A stretch of 64,000 bases of DNA, from NCBI GenBank assembly GCA_964187785.1, contig OZ076413.1, positions 43,030,001 to 43,094,000 on the forward strand, in the 5' to 3' direction. Shown here piece by piece: positions 1 to 11,460 of the stretch; within the stretch, counting starts at the first letter, position 1; each line of letters opens with the position of its first letter. Source of the DNA: Amphiscolops sp. MND2022 (taxonomy: Eukaryota). A model generated the notes under the pieces. The model saw only the letters and a program-made list of their open reading frames with translations, did not search any database and had not been told where the DNA came from. Position numbers and translations under genes: made by a program.

Positions 1-279
1 CCAGCTTTTCTTCCCGGAAGGATGGGCAAGAAAAAACAAAGCTGACAGTGTACCGAGCATTGGGAACATCTGTCGATTTGATCTTCCTTGGAGCTCAAAT
101 GCTGAGTATAGCATTTCTGTGTGTCAAACATTGTAAATGAAAAATGAACAATCAAACTGTGCAGAGTTTCTTCATTTTTTGATATTCACTTTCAGTAACT
201 CAGATTGAATAAAATAACAACAAATACAGAGACAGTTTTACCTTCTAACCTGTCAGTGGTGTTTCATAATACTTTGGGT

Positions 280-745
280 TTTAGGAGTCGGAAAAATTTT
301 TGACTACTTATGCCTTCGTACCTTTTCTCGCGACCTGTCAGTTGAAAATTTCAAATTTTTGAAAAATTGTTCATACGTTTTTTATAATAATTACCACAGT
401 CATTCTACAGCTAGAGGTGCTCCTGCTTGCGCAGTGACTTCAAAATCGTATCACTGGGATCCGAGAAACATCCGGAATCAGCCAAAAATGACCTAAAAAC
501 AGCCACTTCGGGATTTTTTGATTGTCTCAAAAATTGTGATTACGATTTGAACGATTCTGTTTACAAGCTTGCACCGTATTAGGGTTCTCTGTGTGCAATG
601 ACATCAAAATCGTTTGACTGGGATCTGAGCTAAGAAACAACCAAAATTAGTCCAAAAATGACCAAACGACAATAAAATGTGTACCTTGTTTTACAAAACT
701 TTAATTCGTTTCCGACTCCTTTACCGAACATGCAACTCCGGTTGT
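280..745 (+). repeat. Dispersed repeat made of ~170-bp diverged units
   Basis: The motif CAGTGACTTCAAAATCGTATCACTGGGATC (~432-461) recurs as CAATGACATCAAAATCGTTTGACTGGGATC (~596-625). Reverse-complement homologues lie at 1208-1393 and 33954-34152. Confidence 0.7.
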
Positions 746-1207
746 ACTTTGCCTGCAAATAGCAAAGAAGTGAACCATCTTCCATGTTTTCAAAACAAAA
801 ACTACCATATAGAAATAGGAAAAAATTGAGAATCCAACTGAGAGGAGCGAAAATTGAGTCAAAACACTTGTTGTGTTATATCCAAGAACTGAGAAATGAG
901 GATTTTTGTGGTTAAGAGCTGCAAGACGCAGTGGTAATGATAATTGTTGAATTGTTGACGCGATCAATCTTTATATTGGAACAACAAAAATAATCTGATA
1001 GAAAGTACAAATGAACGTGAGAAATGTTTTTGCCTCTTTCCCAACGGCAAAAAAAGTTTCATGGGGCTTCTTTGCTACTAAACCTCATTGAAGCAATGAG
1101 TATGATTCATTTGCCCAATTACCAGAAAACTCAACACAAGAAAATTCAACACAGAAAATTGAAAACGTGAAAACTCAACACAAGAAAACTTATCCCATTT
1201 GAATTTA

Positions 1208-1393
1208 AAAAAAGTCCTGAAGTGGCCGTTTTTAGGTCATTCTTGGCTAGTTCGGTTTTTCGGATACCAGTAATACGATTTTGAAGTCACTGCGCAAGCA
1301 GGAGCACCTCTAGCTGTAAAATGACTGGGTAAATATTATAAAAAACGTTTCAACAATTTTTCAGAAAGTTGAAATTTTCTAAGTGACCTGTCG
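1208..1393 (-). repeat. Inverted copy of the ~330-520 repeat unit
   Basis: TACGATTTTGAAGTCACTGCGCAAGCAGGAGCACCTCTAGCTGTA is the exact reverse complement of TACAGCTAGAGGTGCTCCTGCTTGCGCAGTGACTTCAAAATCGTA (~406-450). Confidence 0.8.
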
Positions 1394-1689
1394 TGTAACT
1401 CACTTTTCACGAAGGTTGTGTAAAATAGCCTGGCAAAAAGATGACAGCTATTACGAAATAAAGGGGAAGCTGAACGAACTCGTAACTCTTGGAAGTTTCG
1501 TTTTACACGATAAAATCTAAATATGGCATTGATATAACAAATGTGAACCAAATTCACCAGTTGGTTCTGAGTATGTGTTTGTGATTGTTTTCATATGAAG
1601 ATTGTTGAATTTTCCTGTATTTAAATATCATGTGATGAATCCAAACTGTTTTTGCTATTTTTTAGTCGGCGTTTTTCTTAAGAAAAGAG

Positions 1690-2030
1690 TCGACTATAGT
1701 CATGGCTTTTCGTCAGTGGTTTTTTCAAGACCAAAATAGAACTGAACTGACCAAAATAGTTCTACTAAAAGTTCTACAAAATTTACAGAAGACGCCAAAA
1801 TGTACCTGGTGGCCCAAGGAACTGAACCAAAAAGGTTTCCCGCGTAACATACAATACCGGACGAGACCAAAGGGTCCTCCCTTTCAGTTTTTTTCGGCAT
1901 TGTGGGACTTTTTTTTGAATTTTTTTTTTCGTAAAAGTGTTCCCAATTCACCTATACTTGGAAATTTGAAGTCCTTTTGCTATTGTTGAGCCTTGGATAT
2001 GGCGCCGATTTGGGCCGTTCCCGGCTTGTT
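1690..2030 (+). repeat. Dispersed non-coding repeat ending in a GC hairpin and CTTGTT
   Basis: The end GGCGCCGATTTGGGCCGTTCCCGGCTTGTT reappears reverse-complemented at ~59905-59970 (AACAAGCTGGGAACGGCCCATGTCGGCGCC). A decayed homologue lies at ~4300-4725. The left boundary is approximate. Confidence 0.55.
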
Positions 2031-2299
2031 AACTTCTGGTTTGACCTATTTTTACTAGCAAGTACTTCCTCTTGATTGGTAAAAATCCGAGTAGTATTTA
2101 AATCAAGCTCAGAAGTCAAACTATTGGAAATTCCTGGCTCGACATGACGTCCAAGGCTGAAGCTTGCAATGAAAATCTTCGATCTCTCATAATTACGAAA
2201 AGGCCTTGCCAGGGACCATCTCCCTAATTTGGAAGAATACTGAGACATTCAAAACTTGATCAAACTGTACATAATTTGATACCCCTCTGCAAATTATTT

Positions 2300-3253
2300 G
2301 ACTCCAATGATGTACTGACTGGCAATTAGGAAACGAGGTCAACTGTGTGCCTGTTCGGTGCTGTCAACGTGGCCGTACAAAGCCTAACCAGCCAATCAGA
2401 ATACGTGCTACTTTTTTCATTTTATATGCCGAACTAGCATGAATGTAAATAGCCGAGTACTGCTAATAGACCCAAAAGGAATGGTCATTGAGACAAATGG
2501 CTAATTACGGCCTTTTGTTGATTCGATGCATAATGTATTTTCTCTTACTTTTTAATAGAGTGAAAGAGTTCTATCACAATAGTTGTCCAGTATAATTGTA
2601 TAATTGTTATTCGGAATAGACTTTTAGTTAGTAGTGTTTGAACACCGCCCTCTTTTTTACTGTGCTTTTCTAAAGTGATGCTAGAAATGGTTTGGTGGGA
2701 TTCTTGGACTTTTGGACCAAATTAAACACTTGAAACACATGTCTGATTGTCGTTGCTTTAAATGTAAACGTTGCTGTGTATTGGTGTTAGGTACAGTTAT
2801 ATAAACAAATGGACGTGCAGTCCCGATGCAGTTCTTTCTAGAAATATAATGAAATGTTACTATTAAGAGTTGCAGGGCTGTATTCAGAATACTGACCTAA
2901 TGAACCCTTAGTGTCATCCTTCTTGGGGTATAAATACTCAAGCCGGGAAGAATACTCAAGCGAAAATTAGAATTATGTAGAATGAAATTGTGACTCCTTG
3001 GTTTGATAGACTCCTAATGACAATGGAAATATTGTCAGGCGAAATGAACTTTGGGCTCTGTCGAGAAATGGACTCATTGTTGAGTATGATGCACGCTCAA
3101 ATAAATAGAGCAATTGGTTCGGCAATAAATGATAGGGTTATACCAGAGATACAAAGTATCTTCAATAATTTGCCTTTGAGAGAAAAGGATGCAGGGACTG
3201 GTACGTCCACTTGCCATAAGGGTCTCGGCCCAGCCAGATGGGTTCGAAAATAA
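2300..3253 (+). mobile_element. Fragment of an LTR-like element with CCAAT/TATA promoter and orphan ORF remnant
   Basis: Shares AATTxGAAACG..TGTCAA..AACxAGCCAATCA..TTTTCATTT and the GTCATCxTxCT..GTATAxATAC block with the minus-strand element at 5071-6323. Its ORF segment REMDSLLSMMHAQINRAIGSAINDRVIPEIQSI resembles the INSAIQETILPSLQNSL segment of ORF 5045-5335. Confidence 0.5.
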
Positions 3254-5070
3254 CAAAAACTCTTTATCTGCTTTTGATATGAGAAGATACGAATTTGGGT
3301 CCTTCCACTTTACTCGCAAATTATACGCTGATTTAGTATATGAAGGGTGTTCTTAATGAACATCATACGTTTGCTCTTTGTAAAAAAAGTTGGTTTGTTT
3401 CCATACGTTTCTATTGTCTTTCCGTGGAAATTCTGTTTTTAGGCATTCCACGTGGTAATATGTCCCCTTCAAAGTTATTACGTTTTGATTGGTTTTTGTT
3501 CTGAAAAAAATATTTTTAGTTTCACTTGTTTTTTAAAAGACAAGTCAAACCAAGAATATATATTTGTTCAGAACAAAAACCAATCAATACGAAAAACCCC
3601 AATACGAAAAAAACTCGCTAAACTCAACCTAAAATTCTAGCCTGGAGTCTATTGAGTTTTTCCTAGGGTTATTCCTATAGGTTAGTTCAGTTCTAACACT
3701 TTGTTTTCTAACAAGAAGTTGTGAGTTCATTTGTTGCCGCTATCGAACTTTGAACTTCCGAAAAAGTTCTTGTTTTCCTACAACATATCAACATATATAC
3801 CAACGTTGCATCGAATGATCTAATGCTAACTGCCACAATAGGCGCGTTGACATTTTTTAAATCGTATACTGTTCCGAAAGATTTCAATTTGAAGTAATTT
3901 TCCAAACGAGTTGGATTAGACTGTGAATAATGATATGGTAAGGAAACAGGTCGTCAGTCAAGACAGTACAGTGGTTAAATTAACTCCATAACTCTTTCCT
4001 TACCCCTGAAAGTGTGTTTCTCCATTCAATTCAACAGTTACTGACTTTGGTTTTTCCTTCCGTGCTGGGAGTATGAATAGATACGCTTTTTTGCACGGAT
4101 ATTCAAATGATTAAAAGAACAATTTCCTATAATTCGAAACTATCATAACCGCAACGCCCGCTTTTTTCAACTCTTCTTTCCAATAGCTCCCGTGTATTGG
4201 TGTAACCCATCGAATATGAAGAATATCTTGAAAAACCTGCTTGTTTTTAGTATTTTCGAAGTAATTTTAACCAGAAGTTTTTAGTTGCTGCACTTATTTT
4301 GCACAAAAACCAATATTGGACCGGGTCAAACCAAAGGTCCTCATTCTATTCTTGTTCAACTTTTTTGGTGTCGAAAAAGAACGCTGTTCTGAGGAAGTCA
4401 AATTCTTACTTTTGAAAATACCCTATGATTAGCTTCTCACAAGGTCCATTTTTTAGATTCAAAAACTAACGTGGACTGAAAGGTGCCAAATGTTCCTCCC
4501 TTTGAACTTTCTCTAATTAACATCACCTCAGTCCCCTTTGGGGTTTTAGGCACAGAGTGACTTTTGTGAAAATCTTAAAACTCCTCAAAGGGGCCAGCCA
4601 CAACGGTGTTTTTCGAAACTGAAGTATTTGAGAATTTTCACAATAAAATTCTCCACATTGAAAGTCTTTGGCCTTTTCGGTCCTTAAGCAGAGTGCCAAT
4701 TTGAGTAGTTATTCCTCTCATTGTTGAATAAAAGAGTTAAGCGATTTGAGTGGGCACTTCTTCCCCAAAAAACCGACCGGTTGCTCACCATACTCCTTCG
4801 ATTTTACAACGTTTGATCAATCACTGCACAATACAGTATCGAAGTATTGCTGAAAAAAACATTGCCATCAAATCTATTAATCATGATATAGACTAACAGA
4901 GTGTCCTTGATGAACATAAAAGTTATTTGGTTAAAGCTCCTAAAACTACTGGAATCAAATCAAAGTCCAGCTGCCAATTGTAAGCTCTTATCATGGTATT
5001 TGACAACGATTTTCCTTTCACCATCGTTCTTCTATATGCTACATTCATATTTGTGAGTCCTTTTGCCGTC

Positions 5071-6323
5071 TGTCATGATCATCCCTGCAGTCTAGAGAGC
5101 TTAGTGCACTTTCTCTAGAATAGGGATGATTGTGAGAGTTCATTTGAATTGTGTTTTGGGTATTTCCACAAGCACCTTGGTGCCTTTTGCCTTCGGTGTT
5201 CCTGCTTAGTCGACTGAACCGTAAGTCCACGTTTGTCCCTAACCGACTATTCAGACATGATAATGAATTTTGCAACGAAGGAAGTATAGTTTCTTGAATT
5301 GCTGAATTTATTAACTCTGTACTTTGAGTGTTCAAACGTTTTCAGTTCATCTAATTCCCTTGACACTTGTTGTGATTTTTCCGTACTATTAAACCTGGAA
5401 GTATCAACTGTTACTTCATTTTCAATCCTGTCCTCAGTATTCAACAGTGACCTAAAATCTTCGAAATTTCTGGCCACGTCGGTCCTAGTTCCGATCTCAA
5501 TATTTTCATTTAATTCTTCATCTGAACGGTTTCCTGTGTAGTTTCCCAGCATAACCTTCATATTCTCCAAGTTAAACATTACGTCTGATTGTCTAGAACG
5601 CTTTTCCTTTGCCTTTTGCTTTCTGGTCGAGGGCATTGAGAATGTATCTTCAAGCAATAATTTATTGTTTGAAATTGTTATTACTACGAACAGAACAGAA
5701 TTTCAACAGTGAATAGATATCAGAATGAACCACAAAGGCTTCAACAATTCAGTTAGAATAGTGGTCACAGATTGATCAAAATGCAATTGTAATAGCAGTG
5801 AATGGTTTGTGTGATCGGGTTTTCAAAGATTGTCCCTTGAGGCTCGTGGTCCTCGTATATATACTAAGAGGAAGATGACAAGCATGTTTCCTGGTGTCAT
5901 GGTTATAAAAATAGTAACAAGTCTAGGGAAACGTCACTTTAGGCTATACGTCACAATTACATCATTTGAGTAACTATAGAAAACAACAGTTTGAGACAAG
6001 ACTAGGTCAGGAATAGGGGGGCAAAAGGCGGCACGGCACTCCTTTTAAGTCTCATTCTCAAGTATTTCTAGCTAGTTTATTTACATAGTAGTAAGCATCA
6101 TTTACATGTAGCGGACTGGTAGTCCAAGATAACTAATTGGAAGCAAATGAAAATCGCAATACTGCATTGTGATTGGCTAGTTAATTCGTGCACTACGCGT
6201 CCAAATTGACAAACGCGGCGGATGATTTGAACGCGTTTCCAATTAACTTTACAGTGGCATTGTATTACAAATTGACATTTTCTACTTCTAATCTAAACTT
6301 TCAGTCTTCTGGTTTACATGACA
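5071..6323 (-). mobile_element. Solo-LTR-like element (TGTCATG...CATGACA) containing a promoter and a frameshifted orphan ORF
   Basis: Perfect 7-bp terminal inverted repeat with TG...CA ends. On the minus strand a CCAAT box (~6172) and a TATA box (~5857) precede the ORF. No TSD found. Confidence 0.5.
5075..5636 (-). pseudogene. Orphan coiled-coil-like ORF (MPSTRKQKAKEKRSRQSD...), one frameshift; possibly a Gag N-terminus
   Basis: ORFs 5247-5657 and 5045-5335 join into one protein across a frameshift at ~5335. A homologous piece lies at 2990-3253. Confidence 0.5.
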
Positions 6324-6659
6324 AACACGTACCGATCATAATAAATCAACAATTGAACAAAATTATTTTAATTCCGCATATTTAGCATCAAAAAATTCAT
6401 TTCAACTATAGGTCGTACTTAGCTGCGCGGACCGAAGGTCCGTAAGTGTATAAAATGATAGTAAAGCCAGTTTATAAGTTCTAATTCTTTATAAAAGTCG
6501 TACTCATCGTGGACTGGTGATCCACGTGGTCTATAATGGCAATACTCCTGGGGGAAGAGGCATATCGTTGGGCGCAATCTGGCATTGATTGCGTCAGAGG
6601 CGGCAGCCTGCGACACTGTCCTCCTAGCGTTGATCGACTTGCATGTAATAAAAGTCAAG

Positions 6660-7450
6660 GACATTTTCAAAGATGAATCTTATCGAATTTGACAGAACAA
6701 TTCCTGTATTACTTCCACATTGAAAATTTCAAAGACATTGAAAATTTTGTTGTCTAATAGTACATTTACCAGTGAATCCGTTTTTTGAATGGATCTCAGT
6801 TTTCTCTTCTGTGCGAACACAATTTACTGGAGGTTGGGTTTTGCTGCACTAGAATAAATCATCAAACCATAGCGTTTCTTAAGTTTTCTAACTACATAAT
6901 CGAAGTTCTCCCGCAAAAGGCGTTTTTCATCTAATGAAGTCCCAGATATCTACTGGATGTTTTGTTATTCAATTCAAACTCCCCTATTTCAACTTTTTTT
7001 CTAGACTCCCAGAAGCAAAATATATCGCTTCAAAGTTTCCAGGGTTGACTGTAAGCTTATTTGATGCAAGTCAATGCCGGACACAATTTACGTCTTGCCT
7101 GAGCAGAGGATCAACTCACTTTCCTGATTGCTATTTGTGTGTTCTCACAGGAATCAGGAACATCATTGATAGATATCAGAAAAGGGAAAAGTCCCAGAAC
7201 AGATCCTTTTGGTACCGCTGTCAACAGTGATGACTTAGTAGCTACTTTTGTGAACGTGTGTGATGTCATCAAATCAGGGAAAAGGTTGGTTTAAGAATTA
7301 TTGTTCAGATTTTCCTCGCATAATTCCTTAAGCTAGAGTTTAAGTTTTAACATCGTTTGACGTGATAAAAATGATTCCAGAGAATAACTTTTTTCTCTAT
7401 TTCTAGCAACGTTTTCATGCGCGGAACGCCAGTTACGCCTGCTGAAATAA
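6660..7450 (-). pseudogene. Decayed non-LTR (CR1/L2/Jockey-like) reverse transcriptase fragment
   Basis: The minus strand at ~7155-7225 reads LTAVPKGSVLGLFPFLISINDVP, a degenerate GVPQGSVLGPLLFLIYINDLP motif. Many stops; boundaries approximate. Confidence 0.7.
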
Positions 7451-8144
7451 ATAATAATCTCATACTCAATAATACGATCCATCACGATGAATGGTTTTTT
7501 TGGGAACTTGTGCTGGCTATCACCTCGAAAAAAATCAATATTTGTTTGGAAATATTGAGATTCGAGAAGTTTAGCGCGTCTCTGCGGAAGTTTCCGAACC
7601 CTCGTCATTAACTTCGGGATTGACCCCAATGAAATGTTTTTTTTTTGTTTATCACAACTAGTTTTCATATATGGAAACGTTGCATAAACTAAATTTTAAA
7701 TTAGACCGGGCTCCTGAAAATTGACCGGGTGTTTCATTTTCAATTTGCAATTAGAGAAAAAATTATTGGAGTGAAAAATGAATTCGTTGCTGTGCCAAGG
7801 TTGCGTTAACAATATATGAAATGATAGCGTTATGCATATTTAACTAAAGCACCAACCAATTTAATCACAATTTATGACCTGAGATCTAGCTTTTTTCAAG
7901 TTACCCTAGTTACTACATAAACAGTTTTCAGTGACAAAAACCTGGTAACAGTATACTATAGCTCCAGCACATCTAGCAAAATCGAAATGCAATTCAAGTG
8001 AAAGACAAACTTTCAAAAACAAAAGACACTCTTCTCGAGAACTTTTTCAAAACGCGAACATGGTTTTGAAATTTCAGAGAAAGATTACATGAAATTCAAA
8101 ACCTGATTAAATCCAGTTTTCAGTTTCGCTCTTGTATAATTTTT

Positions 8145-8547
8145 GGCTCTTTTCTGTTTTCCCTCCCACCACCAAAAATTTTTTGGAAAATTATTGAAAA
8201 TCTTAAAACACATAGACTTGAATACCAACCAAAAAGCTTCAATTTTAAATTTATTCTCAGGGTGATAGTTTAGGATTCAAAATTTGTTCACACTTTTTTC
8301 GATATGTAGTTACGCATTTTTGATGAAATTAACAGCTTCCTGTTTTGAGTCATCAATAAACACTTAATACGAACATAAGTATAGTCAAAATGTGTGAACA
8401 ATGTTTTGTTCAAGCGGAAAACAGTCTAACAGAAGTTAACTTCCCGTTATGAAAGAAGGTTTTACTTTTAATTAGGCTAGACTAAAGTTTTGAAGGAAAA
8501 ATATTTTCAAAAATTTTGGTGGTGGGGGGGGAAAACAGAAAAGAGCC
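8145..8547. mobile_element. MITE, ~400 bp, GG...CC termini, 8-bp TSD (Merlin/Mutator-like)
   Basis: TIRs GGCTCTTTTCTGTTTTCCCTCCCACCACCAAAA / TTTTGGTGGTGGGGGGGGAAAACAGAAAAGAGCC. TAATTTTT is duplicated at 8137-8144 and 8548-8555. Confidence 0.85.
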
Positions 8548-9479
8548 TAATTTTTCAGCATTTCGCCACACATTTATTTTATGCGACACATTCGCTTCTT
8601 CACTTATAGCATAACAATTTTAGCCCCCTCATATTGCATCAATGTTGATGCTGAAAAAATTGTCAATTTTTTGTCTGCATCTTTTCCTGTGGGTGTCAAT
8701 TTCTTCTGCAGAACCAGAGGAAACAGTAGAAACCTGGCCTGCAGTCTTCGTCAACTCCACAAAAGAAACTCCTTTTCTCCTCAGGTGAGATTTCATTGCG
8801 ACATTGAACTTCTGCCAATTGCAACAATGAGAACAAGGCGATTGCAACAAGAAGAAACAGTTTCTGAAGCATAAAACGTTTTGATGGAGAAATCCAGCAA
8901 AAATTCGTTCTTTGTTTCTCGAAAATACCAAATTTGGAACAATCATTTCAAAAATGTTTCAACAGGTATACTCTTCAGACATACTAACCATTTTGATGCA
9001 AGTAAATGATCCCAAACAGTATCGGTTTTCTCGAAATGATGACAACAAATTTCCTTCTCGGAAGTCTACGAAATATTTAACTGATGAAATACAATCGCCT
9101 TTTAAATGATAAGTAGCAAATGGAATTGAATTGATCGGCTGTGTTCTTAATGTGCGAACGTGTGATTATAAACCTGTAGTTTGGAAATTGCAGCATTTCT
9201 TCAAATTGAGTCATCGTGAATCATCAAATATCTGCGTGAATGATGTGAGTCGTAGCCATCATTTATTTAGATGGGGAATTCACAATGTATCAAAACTCCA
9301 AACCGCTTAACATTTGATCTCAAACACACAAATTGTGTTCTTCGTGCACTCTGATGGTTTGAAATCTATAAAAAACATATATCACGATGTGGGGAAAAGA
9401 TGAGAGATCAAAAATACGAAAGATTGCGTCCTGTTCAAGAGTTTTGATGAAAATTTTTTGTCAAGGCTTAGTGGACATT

Positions 9480-9557
9480 TTTCCAAGTTTCTACAAAATG
9501 CAGGGAAGTTTTTCAAGATTTTCCAAGATGCAGGGAAGTTTTACAAAATTTTCCATG
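9480..9557 (+). repeat. Short ~30-bp tandem repeat
   Basis: ATGCAGGGAAGTTTT at 9498 and 9528 with partial flanking copies. Confidence 0.6.
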
Positions 9558-9934
9558 GAGGGTGCCTGATTTTTCTGTTTTATCAAAAATTAGCCTGCAT
9601 TTTATTCATGTGCTTACAAAATTTTACGGCATTCTCAACTAGGGCTGAGATTAAAAATATAACCTTGAGATTAATATTTTCATATGGGAAAGGAAAACAT
9701 TTAAATCAGCCGCGTTTAAAAAAAAATTGCCATGTTCCAAATTTATATCCAAGTTGAAGGGAATTTCACTTATAGAATTGAATTGACGTGAAATTAGTTT
9801 CATTCAATATGTCTTTGTAGAGATTTTTGGACCTTTTGGTTGACTCCACAGACCCCAGAATGACCCAAAATGACAAATTTTCCAAATTTTCTTATTTTTA
9901 ACGTTTATATACAGTTTTTGTCATTATTTCGATA

Positions 9935-10410
9935 GACTTGGTTGCTTGGAATGTTGAAAACGTTCAACAAAGAAACCAATTCGTTGTCCAGGAGGTATTT
10001 CTGAAGAAATAAATCCAGGTATTTTTGAAGAAATAAATGCAGTTTTTTAATGGAAAAATGCCTCAAATTGTTCAACAAAATTCATGACTTAGAATGTTGG
10101 AAACGTTGAAAAAATAGAATTCGTTGTCCCGAAGGCATCTTAGCAGATTTTTCAGATTTTTTTTCCTGTTAAGCAGTAATTTTATCAAAACGTTGATAGA
10201 CTTCGTAGAATAAAATGTGAAAACGTTCCACAAGAAAAAAGTCGTAGTCCGGCAGGCTTCTGAGAAGGGATGAATGCATTTGTTAGATAGAAAAATGCCT
10301 CAAAGTGACCCAAAAATAACATCGTTTTTCATAAAATTTGTGTACAATTTCCGAGCGTTCTCATGGGTTATACAAATGAAAACGTTTGAAGACGGAAAAA
10401 CTAGGTATAC
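9935..10410 (+). repeat. Diverged tandem repeat, ~120-160-bp period
   Basis: The motif AATG(TT)GAAAACGTTxAxxAA..A(A)TTCGTTGTCC recurs at ~9950, ~10092, ~10214 and partially at ~10375. Confidence 0.55.
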
Positions 10411-10632
10411 AGTACAACTTTTAAAGAGAAAGTTGCATTGTTTTGCTTCACAAACACCTCAGAATGATTCCAGATGTGAAGAAAAATTAGACAAATGGCT
10501 CTTTGTGGAAAACGCAGTTTCTTGTAACAAAAATGCTTCAAAATCAGCCCAAATTAGTCGAAAAAATTCAAAATTTTCCACATTTTCATCACAGGAAAGT
10601 TTACGTTTCAAAGGAAGATTTTGCAAGTTTTC

Positions 10633-10892
10633 TGTACTGACTTACATTAATAACCAATAGTATTTAGATATTTGTAGAATGTACATTTATTTATTATTGA
10701 ATGAATGTAAATCTCTACTCCCTCAGAGAGAGAAAGCTAATAAACAGTATTCAGTTGACTTCCTTTTTGTTCTACTCCTACCACCTCGAACTAGTTGTAA
10801 TAAAGTAAGCTAGCTAGCCTGTCTCTTAGTAGGCTTTTAGTAGTTGTGAATAATACCACCAAAGAAACAGCCCACACATTAAAAGCAGCACA
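10633..10892 (+). repeat. 5' LTR (260 bp)
   Basis: TGTACTGACTTAC...AAAAGCAGCACA; about 5 differences from 48577-48835; contains AATAAA. Confidence 0.95.
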
Positions 10893-10895
10893 ATT

Positions 10896-10908
10896 TGGTG
10901 CGACTCGT
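10896..10908 (+). promoter_or_regulatory. Primer-binding site (TGGTGCGACTCGT)
   Basis: TGG starts 3 nt after the LTR. It resembles the tRNA-His complement TGGTGCCGTGACTCGG lacking 3 nt; the tRNA assignment is tentative. Confidence 0.6.
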
Positions 10909-11130
10909 AAAATTTCTTGCCTTTTCTCCTGGATGATTTCTCTTCTCTCAACAATAATACAAATACCACTCTCCACTTTTGAAATTCTCTGGAATAGCAG
11001 TGAAATCTTTCTAGAATTTCTTGAAAGTTTAGTCTGCGACTTTCTGAATTTCATCAATAAATACATCATCGTTCGAAATACAATTTCTCCACTACAACAA
11101 TCAACTCAACTATAACAATTTTTCTTCACT

Positions 11131-11460
11131 ACCGGTTTATCACGTTTTCTAACACGTTGATACGGTTCTTTTTTCTGCTCTTCTTGCCATACCGGTTTAT
11201 CACGTTTTCTAACACGTCGAAACGGTTTCATTTCAGACTGATTTATCCATTGTGACACAGTTCTGTTTCTCTTCTCTTTTCAGACTGATTTATCCACACG
11301 TGACACAGTTCTGTTCTCTATACTGATTTATCACAGCTAATCCGGAAGCTTGTTGAAACAGTTCTTTGATGTTTGTCTGGTTTATCAAGGTTTTCTAACA
11401 CCTTTGACACTGCAACATTTGTCTGGTTTATCAAGGTTTTCTAACACTTTTGACACAGCA
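11131..11460 (+). repeat. Array of ~7 related stem-loop repeats in the retroelement 5' leader
   Basis: Units share a core xGxTTTATC: 11131 and 11191 (ACCGGTTTATCACGTTTTCTAACACGT), ~11234 and 11281 (CAGACTGATTTATCCA..GTGACACAGTTCTG), ~11322, and ~11372 and ~11418 (TTTGTCTGGTTTATCAAGGTTTTCTAACAC). Most are self-complementary. Confidence 0.75.

Noticed and set aside
5066..6328. TSD for the TGTCATG...CATGACA element
   Set aside because: The flanks CCGTC and AACAC do not match, so its boundaries remain provisional.
8581..9350. Host gene exons
   Set aside because: Short ORFs on both strands without motifs or convincing splice structure. The same holds for 3700-4260, 55760-56480 and 60735-62200.
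11131..11460. Leader hairpin array as a CRISPR
   Set aside because: Units are irregular and mutually related along their length, and they lie within an LTR element leader.
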